Below, piece after piece: positions 17,251 through 28,021 of a stretch of DNA of 64,000 nucleotides. The notes beneath the pieces are model-generated. The model made no database searches, was not told the DNA's origin, and worked only from the letters and a program-made list of their open reading frames with translations. The DNA is taken from IMG/VR virus record IMGVR_UViG_3300011577_000001; one strand, given 5' to 3'. Numbering within the stretch: position 1 is the first letter of the stretch; each line of letters begins with the position of its first letter. This DNA is from a virus. Taxonomy: Duplodnaviria; Caudoviricetes. Both the position numbers and the translations under genes were made by a program.

Positions 17251-19713
17251 TTACTCAATTGTGACGTGTTGGTTGTATCGAGCAGGAACCGTAACGTTAC
17301 TTGGGTCCATCACCAAAACTTCTGCGTTGGTGAAAGAACCGTGACTTACAGCGTAGTGGGAGATCATGAAGACTTGGCTAAAACCTTTGGTTTCAACAAG
17401 GTCTTTCACAAAACTCATCACGTTAGCTTTGTGGGTTTCATCAAAGAAGTGACCCAGTTCGTCCAAGAACAACGGGAACTGATCTAGACGTTTGTACAGC
17501 ATCGCCACGAGCATGAAGGCAAAGTCAATCATCTCCTTCTGACCCATGGACGTTTTCATCACGTCTGGAGTAGGACGCTCACCTTTCACGGAAACAGGGA
17601 AGCGGTAATCCAGTTCACCCGAGGACTCACCACAAGGCAACACTTCTAAGCTGTAGGTCCAAACGTTATCAGTGATAGCGTTCAAGTCCTTAGCCCATGC
17701 CTTAATAAAGCCGATCATCTGCTCAGCAATGATACCGTCCTTAGGCGACAGTTCATCAGCGATAGCTTTGAAGATCTCGTGACGCAGTTGAGCATCGGCT
17801 CGTGAGATCTCCAGATCAGCCAGCAAGTTCTCAATGGTCTTGCGTTCACTGAGTTTGCTATTAAGGAAAGCCAAACGGGATTGGTTGGTCCGAGTGATTT
17901 CATTGATGGTGTCATCACGCAGTTCAACCACGTAGTCACGGAAGGCTTCTTCTTTCTTCTGTGACCCAGCTTCCAGTTGACGACCCAGCTCTTCCAGTTG
18001 ACCAGCCTTGCTGACAATCTCCAACACCTCAGAGTAGTCACGTCCCAACTGCACCAGTTGCTCAGTGAGGTTAGCGATCTTCTCCGAGTTCTGGTCAATA
18101 CGACTTTGCAGCTCACCCTGACCATTGGTTTTCTTCATGGCCTCAACACTCAAAGCCAGTTGGTCCAGACGACGGTTCACTACTTCCCATTCTGCGTACG
18201 TCTCTGCATCACGGGAGAACTGGTTGAACTTGCGAATCCAACCTTGTGGGTTAGTGTTCACACCGTTTTCTGCCAACATCGCATCCCAGAACACACCCAT
18301 GGTTGGGTTGTTGGCTATAAGGGCCCTGTAACGCTGATAGTAAGCCGAAAACTCTCCAGCCTGCTCCAAGTACTGCTCTGCGATTGTCAGCGCTATTTGC
18401 GTGTCGTTGACCTTCTGCTGGAACTCACGCAGATTGGTCTCCGCAGTACGACGAACTTGTTCGGTGTTACCCGGCAGCCACTTGTACTCGCAATTAGGAC
18501 ATTCGTTGTGATTGACCGCCGAGACGTGTTCAAGGATAGACTCTTCCTTGGCCACACGGTTCTGGAACTGCTCCAGCTCTTTCTTCAACTGGATGCGTTG
18601 TTCACGCGTGTCCTTGACGCGCATCAGGTTGAACTGGTTGTCAAGGTTGTTTGGAATCTCACGCAGTACGGCCGTCAATTCCTCACGAGCGTTGTTGATC
18701 GCTTGATTCAACGCCAACCCGTCAACGTCACTGATGTTTGGCCAGTCTACCATGCAACCACGCAGGTAATCGGCACGACGAGTTAGTTGAGCGATCTCTT
18801 CTTCGGCTTCTTCCAAAGAACCTACGCCACCAGAATCCACAGTAGACTTCAAACGCTGGAGGTCTTCCAACGCCTCGGTGGTCCATTGGATCGAGTGTTT
18901 AACCAGATCCTGTTCTTTCTGGATTGCAGTCAGACGATCCTTAGCGTGTTGCAAGCTGTGGAACTTCCCGCCCACTGGATTACCCATCGCCAGAATACGA
19001 TCAGCCATCCGACACTCCCATTGGAGCATCTGATCAATGCGTGACTCGCCACCGGACAAATTACGGTTCGAACGGTTCAGGTACAGGATTTCCAGTTCTT
19101 GTTGGAGTTCCTCAGCCTCAGCAGCCCAAGCAACATAGTCGTCACCCAGTGCCCGCAGTTTGTTCGTCTCCGTCACCATCCGGTCAGACAAACCTTTGGT
19201 GTAACCCAACGCATCCCGAGCATTGCGGGACATGTCGTTGAAGTACCCGACCACAAACGAGAAGTCAGTATCGCACAGCAACGTGAACCATTTACGACGT
19301 TCAGCAGTGGACATACTGGAGAACTTGATCTGTCCAGTAATCAACTCGTGTATGTCATCGTCGTAGTCGAACTCGATCTTTGCCAATTCTCGACTAACGC
19401 TTTGTGTGCCCCCTGGATTTAGCTCTACGCCGTCCTTGATAAACGAATGTTTGCCTGCTTTGGTCTTAAAGCTGGAACTGATGATGTAGATCGAACCTTT
19501 GTGTTCCCACTTGGTTTCTTTGCTCCCACCAGTCATGTAGTCCTTCGAGTCCGCCGGAAGAGGCGAGATCTCGTTCACGATAGAACTTTTACCGCTACCG
19601 TTGGTACCCAATATCAACTGATACATTTGGGTCGGTACGTACTTGATGCGACGGATGTTAGCTACCAGCATCAGCCGGATACATCCGTCAATCGTCATTT
19701 CTAACAGTCGCAT
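17251..19713 (-). CDS. sbcC: SbcC/Rad50-like SMC ATPase
   Basis: Walker A GTNGSGKSS, coiled coils, CPNC zinc hook, signature SMGQ, Walker B FLDE, ISH. Confidence 0.92.
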   Translation of the reverse strand: MRLLEMTIDGCIRLMLVANIRRIKYVPTQMYQLILGTNGSGKSSIVNEISPLPADSKDYMTGGSKETKWEHKGSIYIISSSFKTKAGKHSFIKDGVELNPGGTQSVSRELAKIEFDYDDDIHELITGQIKFSSMSTAERRKWFTLLCDTDFSFVVGYFNDMSRNARDALGYTKGLSDRMVTETNKLRALGDDYVAWAAEAEELQQELEILYLNRSNRNLSGGESRIDQMLQWECRMADRILAMGNPVGGKFHSLQHAKDRLTAIQKEQDLVKHSIQWTTEALEDLQRLKSTVDSGGVGSLEEAEEEIAQLTRRADYLRGCMVDWPNISDVDGLALNQAINNAREELTAVLREIPNNLDNQFNLMRVKDTREQRIQLKKELEQFQNRVAKEESILEHVSAVNHNECPNCEYKWLPGNTEQVRRTAETNLREFQQKVNDTQIALTIAEQYLEQAGEFSAYYQRYRALIANNPTMGVFWDAMLAENGVNTNPQGWIRKFNQFSRDAETYAEWEVVNRRLDQLALSVEAMKKTNGQGELQSRIDQNSEKIANLTEQLVQLGRDYSEVLEIVSKAGQLEELGRQLEAGSQKKEEAFRDYVVELRDDTINEITRTNQSRLAFLNSKLSERKTIENLLADLEISRADAQLRHEIFKAIADELSPKDGIIAEQMIGFIKAWAKDLNAITDNVWTYSLEVLPCGESSGELDYRFPVSVKGERPTPDVMKTSMGQKEMIDFAFMLVAMLYKRLDQFPLFLDELGHFFDETHKANVMSFVKDLVETKGFSQVFMISHYAVSHGSFTNAEVLVMDPSNVTVPARYNQHVTIE

Positions 19714-19805
19714 CCGATTCGCCCCATCTAAAAATTACTCCACATACTCTAAAGACCCCGTGTCAGAATTAACTTATTCTGTGACAACCCCTTAGGAATA
19801 CGACA

Positions 19806-20567
19806 ATGGATGCTACATGCTTCAAGATTGTCTCCATTGGGATAGTGGCAGAGAATAAGTCCATGGTGAACATGGATGGAAGCTGGAACCACGAGGTGGA
19901 CGTCACTCCCATTGAAAGCATGAACATGCTCGACGGTGAGATCAAGTCCAACCCATCCCTGGTGGAGAATAAAGGCGTTGACCGTAAAGGCCAACAGTTC
20001 GGTAGCTCTGTGGCAGTCGACCAAACAGTCAAAGCGACGTGGTTACCTTTTGGCACTAACCGAGTGACTTCTCCTGACGTGCGTCGGGGTGAGCGTGTAT
20101 ACCTCTGGCAGAGCGCTGACGCCGATAAATACTACTGGACTATCGCTGGTCTGGATGATGACAAACGTCGCTTAGAAACGGCTATCTTCGCGTTTAACGG
20201 CAGTCCCACAGAGGGCGGCCTGAACCTGAACAACTGTTACTACTTCGAAGTCTCTACTCACAACAAAACGATCACACTGGAAACCAGTACGGCCAACGGT
20301 GAATCTCATCGGTACACCATCCAGATCAACGCCGCTGAATCGGTCATCACGATTCAAGACGACTCTGGTAACTACTTCCAGTTGGATTCCGATGAACACA
20401 AACTGATTCTTCAGAACCAAGATCAGTCTCACGTGATCCTCAACAAGACCAAGATTGACATCAAGGCCATGGACGAGGTGCACATCGATGTTGGTGCCAC
20501 TCAAGTGACACTGACTCCGGCTGGTACGATCTGGAAAACCCCAACCTTCCAAGGGAGCAGTGGTTAA
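19806..20567 (+). CDS. Baseplate central spike protein (OB fold plus beta-helix)
   Basis: PDVRRGERV gpV/gp5-like motif, C-terminal beta-strand repeats, coupled to a PAAR gene. Confidence 0.7.
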   Translation: MDATCFKIVSIGIVAENKSMVNMDGSWNHEVDVTPIESMNMLDGEIKSNPSLVENKGVDRKGQQFGSSVAVDQTVKATWLPFGTNRVTSPDVRRGERVYLWQSADADKYYWTIAGLDDDKRRLETAIFAFNGSPTEGGLNLNNCYYFEVSTHNKTITLETSTANGESHRYTIQINAAESVITIQDDSGNYFQLDSDEHKLILQNQDQSHVILNKTKIDIKAMDEVHIDVGATQVTLTPAGTIWKTPTFQGSSG

Positions 20568-20830
20568 TGGGCGGTATCTCACGAGTCGGTGTCAACTCGG
20601 CAGGAGGCGTCATACAGGGTCCAGGAGAGCCAACCTTCACCTTAGACGGTGCAGTGGTCTCCCACTTGAATGACGACGTTGCTGGACACGGTACAGGCGC
20701 TCACGCAGGCCCTAAGATGGTAGAGGGTTCAGCATGGATGACGTGGAACGGGATTCCTATCGTCCGGGCGGGTAACAAAGCCAGTTGTGGTCACGAAGCA
20801 GACGGTCATCCCACGTGGAACATTGAATGA
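20567..20830 (+). CDS. PAAR-family spike tip protein
   Basis: ISRVG, VSHLNDDVAGH, PIVRAGNKASCGH; 87 aa with His/Cys metal ligands. Confidence 0.8.
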   Translation: MGGISRVGVNSAGGVIQGPGEPTFTLDGAVVSHLNDDVAGHGTGAHAGPKMVEGSAWMTWNGIPIVRAGNKASCGHEADGHPTWNIE

Positions 20831-20866
20831 CGGCATAGCGAGGGACTTCGGTCCCTCGCTTTATGC
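20831..20866. terminator. Bidirectional hairpin
   Basis: CGGCATAGCGAGGGAC-TTCG-GTCCCTCGCTTTATGC. Confidence 0.8.
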
Positions 20867-20869
20867 TCG

Positions 20870-22114
20870 CTACAAGTCAGTACCGATTTTCAAGAAGTAA
20901 GCCTTCGAGTAACGGTTCGGGTAGTGTCGATCTTGCGTTGGGTCAATCGAAACACCCTCTTGCCAGTGAGTGGTCTCGAAATTGTACTCAGGACGACGGT
21001 TAGAGGTCCCTGCGATGACGTAGGTGTCACCTTCACGCACAACCCAGTACGACATCAACTCGCCCTTGTCGATCACCACAGGCCACAAAGGACGCGTCTT
21101 GGTGAAGTAACGGTCAGGGGTCTTGGAGACCTCCAACTGCTCACGGTCCACATAGATGTCGTTGCTGTTGATGACGACGAGGAACGTTTGCGACAAGGTG
21201 AACAACTTGGTGATGACTTCGTTGCTCAGGTACTCTTCCAGAGCGATCTGGTCGTAGTTCCCATTCTTAATGGTCATCAACGGACGAATGGATTCGAGGT
21301 TGATTCGCTTCTGGGCGTGGAAGTACCAATCGACGAAGACTTGGTTGCGCAGGTCTACTGAGAACGCTTTGTCGCCAATGCGTTTCAGAGCACGACCCCA
21401 AGGTAGTAAGAAGCCCATGAAGGACAACATCACCGTCTTGTCAGTCAGGTCCTCATCGACCGTGAGGATGGTGTTGATGTAGAGCGAAGGATCGCTACCT
21501 CCGGCTGAAATCATCTCAGGGGTAATGGCAATGGTGCGCACGCCACCAACCGCTTGGAAGTTCAGGATGCCGACGTGGTTGTCGTTACAGATGCGACCCG
21601 TCCGCCCACCTTCGTAAACGTAGTTGGCTTCGGAGTCGTAATCCACCCGGTGTAATAATCCATTCACTTCCACCAGACAGTTCTCGTAGAACACTTTGGG
21701 GTCGATGCCTTCTTTCCACAGACGCAGGTCATGTGCATCGGAGATCAGGTAATCGTTCCCATAAGCCACCCCAGGAGGAATCGGGGCCATGTTGTAACCG
21801 GCTGCGACTGCATCGCGATAGGTCACGTATTTGGGGTTGATCTTCGGTACAGTCGTGGAGGTTGGAAGCGACTCATTCCCCAAGCCAGCCAACCACTGTT
21901 TCAGGGTGGTTCCAGGCATCACCTTGGTAATGCGACTGCGGACTTCGTTAAGGTCCAGAGACAAGGGATCTTCGTAGAGTGGCGAACTCAACACGAGGAT
22001 TAACCGGGAATAGTCCGTCCACAGTTTGAAGACGTCCATATCTCCCAAGTCTACTTGGGCCCAGCGACCCGTACGACCGCGCGTTCTGGCCAGCGTATAA
22101 AGGAGTGTGTACAT
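20870..22114 (-). CDS. Probable virion structural (tail/baseplate) protein
   Basis: ~414 aa from MYTLL; lies between spike and fibre genes. Confidence 0.65.
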   Translation of the reverse strand: MYTLLYTLARTRGRTGRWAQVDLGDMDVFKLWTDYSRLILVLSSPLYEDPLSLDLNEVRSRITKVMPGTTLKQWLAGLGNESLPTSTTVPKINPKYVTYRDAVAAGYNMAPIPPGVAYGNDYLISDAHDLRLWKEGIDPKVFYENCLVEVNGLLHRVDYDSEANYVYEGGRTGRICNDNHVGILNFQAVGGVRTIAITPEMISAGGSDPSLYINTILTVDEDLTDKTVMLSFMGFLLPWGRALKRIGDKAFSVDLRNQVFVDWYFHAQKRINLESIRPLMTIKNGNYDQIALEEYLSNEVITKLFTLSQTFLVVINSNDIYVDREQLEVSKTPDRYFTKTRPLWPVVIDKGELMSYWVVREGDTYVIAGTSNRRPEYNFETTHWQEGVSIDPTQDRHYPNRYSKAYFLKIGTDL

Positions 22115-22217
22115 GGGCAAAATCTCTTGGAAGCCGGACCAGAGGCCGGGCAATAGTATGGTGCGTATTCTTTTACAGGCAACTATAACATTCGCATTTT
22201 TCTGAGGAGTCAACGGT

Positions 22218-24596
22218 ATGGCCGCGACCTATACTTACCCATTTGACCCCACCGGTTCCGCGACTACGAACGCCGTTGCTAACGAGCGTCACGTACTGTC
22301 ACCACCGGCGTGGACAGATTACTACTTCATCGTTCCGAAGTATGCACCGTACTTCCGGGACTCGCTCCGGGTAATTCACCGGCCTTCCGGCAAGCTGTTA
22401 GTCGAAGGACAGGATTACCACTGCACCCACTACTTCCACGCAGCGTCTCACGGCGTGGCTCGTCGGGTGTATGGTTCGATCACGTTCCTTGACAAGACCC
22501 TCACCGGTGTTGCCGAGATCAGTTATCAGACCATCGGTGGCGACTGGGTTCTCGATGCGTCGGCCGATCTGACTCGCCTGACCAACACCCAGCTCAACCC
22601 GCGTATCACCACCTGGGAACAAGTGGTAGACGTACCGTATCAGTTCCCACCGATTGACCACGAGTGGAACCTGGAAGACTTGAAAGGCGTTGAAGCCATC
22701 CTTCCGATTCTGGATGAGATGACTGTCGCGATCCGCGAGTCTGCCGGTTCCGACTTCTCCAAGCACATCAACGACAAGAACAACCCTCACTCGGTGACAA
22801 AAGCCCAAGTAGGTTTGGACCTCGTTGAAAACTTCCCGTTGGCTAACCTTCAGGAAGCCCAGGCCGGCGCTACCAACAACCGCTACATGACACCAATGAC
22901 AAGTCGGTCTTTGATCGACTCGTACATGGTGCCTTTGCTGACAGCGCACAAACTGGACGTGGGCAACCCTCACCAAACCACGAAAGCGCAAGTCGGTCTT
23001 GGTAGCGTACAGAACTACCCAATCGCCTCAGCGGTTGAAGCCCGTGCCGGTACGGCGACCGATCGCTACATGACACCGTTGACGGTGAAACAGGCGATTG
23101 ATGCTAACCTCACAGGTTCCATCGAAAGTCACGTTAACAACACCAACAACCCACACGCTACCACCAAGGCGCAGGTTGGGTTGGGGAGCGTTGAGAACTT
23201 CCCTCTGGCCACCACTGACGATGCTGAAGGTGCCAGTCGTAATGACCGGTACATGACGCCGTTGATGACTGCCAAAGAGATCCAGGTGTTGGTAGGTGAG
23301 ACCCTTCAGTTCCACATAGCTGATCGGACTAACCCGCACGGTGTGACGGCTGACCAAATCGGTACCTACACCAAGCAACAGATCGATCAGTCTCTGACGA
23401 GCAAACTCGACCGTCTGGCCACAGCGGCTGACTCGAGCAAGCTGGGAGGGTTTACCTACTCTCAGTTGGTGAACACGATCCTGGGCTCAACCGTTGCGAA
23501 TAGTAACGCCTTGAACGGTTACAGTGCCCAAGACATCATCAACACCATTCAGGCCGGTTCGGTGTCTAACGCTGAACACTTCGACGGTAAAACGTTTGAG
23601 GAAGTCCAAGCACTGATCGTCTCTGACATGATCTCTGCTCGCCAGATTCACATTATCGGTGAGGAACTCACCTACGTCGGTACTGTTGAGAACTGGGTAC
23701 AGATCTTCTCCGTAAACCCTGAATTGGGTGGTGACTTCGAAGACGCAGTCGTATTGGTGACAGGTGGTGTGCCGGGGTCTTTGAATGCCACGACGACCCT
23801 CCTGCGTATCAGTCACGTCAACACTTCGGTGAACGGCGTCCTGCTTGAAGGTAACCCTGCCAACGCACAATTCCGCTACTTGTCAAGTGCCGGTTCCACG
23901 CGAGTCTGGATGCGCACCACCACAGACCTGACCTCGCCTGTAATCACCATCTTGTCCGGTGACGACTTCACCAACTACAACAAGGACGCACCGTTGCTGG
24001 CAACAGCTCCGAACCCGTCAACCCTGTTGCCGTTGCTGAGTTACACGGATGACGCGACCGCAGCGAAGATGTTCCGCTTCCCACAGACGCCAAACGACAA
24101 CAACGTCAAGTACACCAAGTTGGTGGAATTTGAACGTGTGGCCAACTCTCAAGAACACCACTCCTTCATGATCTCTGGGGGTAACCCGATTGGTCAACTG
24201 GATGCGGTGAACGTGGTTGCGGTCAGCCCAACTGGTCAAAGCGTTACGTCAGTGTCTGGTTCCATGGGGACTAACCAGTTCGTCAGTGTCGTACGAACCG
24301 ATCTGTCAAATGGACGGATCTATCACAGTGTCTGGTTGAAGTCAACCGTAGGTCACAGTGAAGTCGTGGTACATGTTCTCACCGACAAAGCCAACGTCAA
24401 CAGTGGCCCGCAGTCGGCAGGTACTACTACCGAGCCGGTTGGGGAAACCCAAACAGTTTTGACTCCGTTGGTTTACGCCAACAATGCAGACCTGTCGACA
24501 ATGTCGGATCAAATCAGTCAGTTCATTCTCGACACTGAAACGGCGCTCAAGCCTGCGGACGTGACGTTCACTCTGGGCACGTGGCCGATCCCTTAA
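22218..24596 (+). CDS. Tail fibre protein
   Basis: GAGGAG RBS; YPFDPTG N-terminus; repeated H-x5-NPH..TKAQVGL..RYMTP units. Confidence 0.75.
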   Translation: MAATYTYPFDPTGSATTNAVANERHVLSPPAWTDYYFIVPKYAPYFRDSLRVIHRPSGKLLVEGQDYHCTHYFHAASHGVARRVYGSITFLDKTLTGVAEISYQTIGGDWVLDASADLTRLTNTQLNPRITTWEQVVDVPYQFPPIDHEWNLEDLKGVEAILPILDEMTVAIRESAGSDFSKHINDKNNPHSVTKAQVGLDLVENFPLANLQEAQAGATNNRYMTPMTSRSLIDSYMVPLLTAHKLDVGNPHQTTKAQVGLGSVQNYPIASAVEARAGTATDRYMTPLTVKQAIDANLTGSIESHVNNTNNPHATTKAQVGLGSVENFPLATTDDAEGASRNDRYMTPLMTAKEIQVLVGETLQFHIADRTNPHGVTADQIGTYTKQQIDQSLTSKLDRLATAADSSKLGGFTYSQLVNTILGSTVANSNALNGYSAQDIINTIQAGSVSNAEHFDGKTFEEVQALIVSDMISARQIHIIGEELTYVGTVENWVQIFSVNPELGGDFEDAVVLVTGGVPGSLNATTTLLRISHVNTSVNGVLLEGNPANAQFRYLSSAGSTRVWMRTTTDLTSPVITILSGDDFTNYNKDAPLLATAPNPSTLLPLLSYTDDATAAKMFRFPQTPNDNNVKYTKLVEFERVANSQEHHSFMISGGNPIGQLDAVNVVAVSPTGQSVTSVSGSMGTNQFVSVVRTDLSNGRIYHSVWLKSTVGHSEVVVHVLTDKANVNSGPQSAGTTTEPVGETQTVLTPLVYANNADLSTMSDQISQFILDTETALKPADVTFTLGTWPIP

Positions 24597-24646
24597 CACT
24601 GGGGGCTGGGTTCGCCCAGCCTTTAATTTTCTCGAGGTAAGGTTAC

Positions 24647-25039
24647 ATGAATCAGTTAACCCCCGCTATCATCACGAGAGTCACGACCCTTCTGACGAAG
24701 ATCATGTCTAACGTGCGCCGTTTGACTCGGCAACAAACCACGATGATTGTCGCTGACAACACCACGATTGCAGTGGGTGCGTATAAAGAGTACGACCTGT
24801 GGACTGCCACGGGTGGCTCGGTGTACGGTAGCTGCGATTTTGCCGGGACAGCGGTTACGGTTCGCATGTTGGACAAGACTGCTGGGTCGCCAACACTCAA
24901 TGCGTACGTGAACGCCGAAGCCTACGTCACGCAAGCCTTGGTGGACGGTCGTTACTTGCGCTTGTACAACAACTCCGACGTTGAGGTACAACTGGAAGTG
25001 CGTTGCCGAGTAGCCTTTGATCAAAGCAAGCTTAGTTAA
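24647..25039 (+). CDS. Small tail-fibre-associated protein
   Basis: 130 aa, beta-rich, between fibre genes. Confidence 0.6.
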   Translation: MNQLTPAIITRVTTLLTKIMSNVRRLTRQQTTMIVADNTTIAVGAYKEYDLWTATGGSVYGSCDFAGTAVTVRMLDKTAGSPTLNAYVNAEAYVTQALVDGRYLRLYNNSDVEVQLEVRCRVAFDQSKLS

Positions 25040-25050
25040 GGACTCCTCCA

Positions 25051-28002
25051 ATGGCCAACGTTTCTTTAAGCGTCCCACCTGGCTACTACCTGTCACAACA
25101 AACGGTATCGTGGCTGCTGAGTGCTGACGTAGACTACATCAGTTACACCAGGGACGGACCCGCCCCGGCGATCTCCAAGTACATCGCTTACGACACCCTG
25201 ACTCCTGCTAACCCGTTCATTGCGGTGACTCAGGACGGGAACGGAAACGTTGTGTACGATGGCGGTTTCCCTAAGTTCTACAACGCCAATGCTCCAGAGG
25301 CAGGGATTGACCCCCTGTTCAGTATGGAGTACAAAGGCACCCGTACTGCTGGTGCAACAGGCAACACGTACTACTACGATGCTTTCACAGACGTGTCGGT
25401 AACGATTGCTGCTGGTGACCGGTTGGTGTACGACATCTTGATGGACAGTGCTAACGCTCGCGTTGGTATTGATGCCATCACCAGCGCTAACCCCAACACT
25501 GACCCCAACCATTATTCCTTACGGGATTGGTTGCAACCACAGGGCGTGATCAGAGACCAAAACGGTCTGGCTATCCACCCGGCGACTGACTTGGGTGGTC
25601 GTGGTGTGGGTTCGTGGTATCACCGTGATTTCGATCTGTCTCAAGCGGCTGGCTACACGTTCAACAAGTGGAGTCTGGCGTACGAGGGTGAGATTGCTGG
25701 TACGTTTTACACCCGTTTCAAAGAAGTGTATATCTTGGACAAGAACGGTAAGGTGAAAGCCACACTGTTCAAAGACTCGATCAAGCTTCCGAACTCAACG
25801 TCGGTTGAAGGTGGTGCATCGGGTTACACCGGTACGCAGAAATACATCTACGACCCACGGTCTCGTTTGACGCCTTCCTTTAAGTACCTGTTCAACGCCA
25901 TCCGCTGGGTAGCCAACCCCACCAAGGCGAAGAAGATCTTGGTGCTGGGCGATGTGACCACTGCGGGCTCTTACCCTGTTAAAGGGACTGGTGCCAACGG
26001 GTTTGCAACGTCGATGCAGCGGATTGCTTCGGCCTGTGGTTACACGTGCGACATTAAAGACGTGTCTGACTACACTGGCGGTAAACTCAACTGCACATTG
26101 ACTGAGTTGAATGCGTACGCGTTGGTGATCATGATCTCCACAGCTTACGACCCGAACAACGCTGAGCTGATCACGCCTGCTGCGGTGACTGACTTGGTAA
26201 CGTACCGGTTGCAAGGTGGTGGATTGATCTTCATCACTGACCATGGTAGTAACGTGCTGACTGACGTGAACCAAGTGGCTACGGCGACTGGTGCTGGTTT
26301 CTACGGTACGGCTAACCGAGTGATCTCGAACTTCGGTGCGTTCTTTTCCGGTAACTACGACCGGGTGCCAGTGAACGTAGGCTTCTTGCGTACGAACTAC
26401 GGTGACCATCCGTTGTATTCGGGAATGTCTAATGCTGAGGACATTGCTGCCGGTGGCTCAGAGTCCAAGATTGTACTGGCGACATTTCCCAAGTACTACC
26501 ATGACAACGTTCCGAACCAAACGATCAGCAACAACGGTGTGAACTCAATCAAAGTGATCGCAGTGTTGAAGGACGGTACGGTTGAGACCTACAACTTCAT
26601 CTACGTGATTGCAACCGGCGATTTGCTCCAGTTCCGCAACGAACAAGGGGTGGTCTTCACTGCGTTCCCTGAATCGTTGGACAGTACTCGGGACTTCACC
26701 ATTGAGGTCTTAGGTTCAGGACTTGGGACATTGGTCGGCGACATCCTGCTCAACAACATCAAAGTTGGTGAGATCGGTTACACGGATGCCAAAGGTTCGA
26801 CCTGTGAGTTCTACGTTGGTTCGTCTGCCCTGATCCGGGTGGTTAAAGGTGACGTCTTCACAGCCAAACTGACCAGTCCGTTCCAGTACGCCAAGTCGCT
26901 GAACGTTAACCGTCTGCAACCAGAGATCAAAGGTTCGTCTTTGGCCCAGATCATTCAGAACCTACGTGCGGGTGTCTCCAGTCCCCCGTTGCCTCCGGCG
27001 ACCATCCGTAGTCAGTTGCAGAACTTTAATGCACTGAACCCCGATAATCCACTGACGTTCCAACCCGACTCCTCACGTAACGTGAAGCAGTTGAGACAGA
27101 ACGTGGGGATTGATCCTGCTCTGCCCGATACCACTGGGTATATCTTTGCCAGCAGTGCTGATGCTGCGGCAGCGATGACCACACTGGTGCCGCCGAGTAA
27201 CGCTACGATCTTCAACACGTGGGATCGTTTTGGAGGAAACGCCTTCTTCAAAGGTGGTGTGGGTGCTTCGGGTGAAGCTGCTCAGTGGGTGTGGGATGAA
27301 ACCAAACAAGCTGCGGTGATGTCGGTTAACTCTAGCGGATGGACAGGCTTCTTGTCGTTGGACTTGGTAGAGAACTACGAGCTGGATGTGGTCGTACAGT
27401 CCGATGATGCGGACGACGACATGAACGGTGTGGTCTTGGCCTTCGATCGAACGGATGGTAACAACAACCGTTTGGTTCTTTGTTTGAGTCAGGCTGGTCT
27501 GACACCTGTCGCATCCCACAGTTTGAACATCTACAGTGGTTCTGGGGCTGCGCTCAGGAATTTGATCAACAACAACTTCGCAGGCACTAGCCACGCGTGG
27601 TCGGGTAAGTTCACCCGTGTGAAGGTTTCCCGTAAGGGCGACTACTTCAAAATCTTGTCCAGTAACTGGAACTCGATGGAGTTGAATCCGGCGTCGTTGA
27701 TCGAGTACACATTGACCTCAGACCCACTTGATCAGAAGTTCAAAGGTCCGAAGGCGTGGGGTTTCTGTAACATCTCCCAAGCCAAGTCCTTCTTCAAACT
27801 CAACGACTTCTCCGGTGGTCAGTTGTACGACATCGTGGTTGACGTGCAGGCTAACAAAGTTTACCGCTTCAGTAAGGGCGTATGGGCTGAGTTGCCGGGT
27901 GTGCGAGTCATGGACATTTACGGTGCCCCTCGAGTCTTGAAAAACCAACAGACGGGTAAGTCGTTCCGTTTGAACACTGACGGTACGATCACCGCCCTTT
28001 AA
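25051..28002 (+). CDS. Multidomain tail fibre / receptor-binding protein
   Basis: 983 aa, G/T/N-rich; C-terminal lectin-like beta-sandwich containing DDADDD. Confidence 0.65.
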   Translation: MANVSLSVPPGYYLSQQTVSWLLSADVDYISYTRDGPAPAISKYIAYDTLTPANPFIAVTQDGNGNVVYDGGFPKFYNANAPEAGIDPLFSMEYKGTRTAGATGNTYYYDAFTDVSVTIAAGDRLVYDILMDSANARVGIDAITSANPNTDPNHYSLRDWLQPQGVIRDQNGLAIHPATDLGGRGVGSWYHRDFDLSQAAGYTFNKWSLAYEGEIAGTFYTRFKEVYILDKNGKVKATLFKDSIKLPNSTSVEGGASGYTGTQKYIYDPRSRLTPSFKYLFNAIRWVANPTKAKKILVLGDVTTAGSYPVKGTGANGFATSMQRIASACGYTCDIKDVSDYTGGKLNCTLTELNAYALVIMISTAYDPNNAELITPAAVTDLVTYRLQGGGLIFITDHGSNVLTDVNQVATATGAGFYGTANRVISNFGAFFSGNYDRVPVNVGFLRTNYGDHPLYSGMSNAEDIAAGGSESKIVLATFPKYYHDNVPNQTISNNGVNSIKVIAVLKDGTVETYNFIYVIATGDLLQFRNEQGVVFTAFPESLDSTRDFTIEVLGSGLGTLVGDILLNNIKVGEIGYTDAKGSTCEFYVGSSALIRVVKGDVFTAKLTSPFQYAKSLNVNRLQPEIKGSSLAQIIQNLRAGVSSPPLPPATIRSQLQNFNALNPDNPLTFQPDSSRNVKQLRQNVGIDPALPDTTGYIFASSADAAAAMTTLVPPSNATIFNTWDRFGGNAFFKGGVGASGEAAQWVWDETKQAAVMSVNSSGWTGFLSLDLVENYELDVVVQSDDADDDMNGVVLAFDRTDGNNNRLVLCLSQAGLTPVASHSLNIYSGSGAALRNLINNNFAGTSHAWSGKFTRVKVSRKGDYFKILSSNWNSMELNPASLIEYTLTSDPLDQKFKGPKAWGFCNISQAKSFFKLNDFSGGQLYDIVVDVQANKVYRFSKGVWAELPGVRVMDIYGAPRVLKNQQTGKSFRLNTDGTITAL

Positions 28003-28021
28003 CCTCTTATGGGAATAGCTC

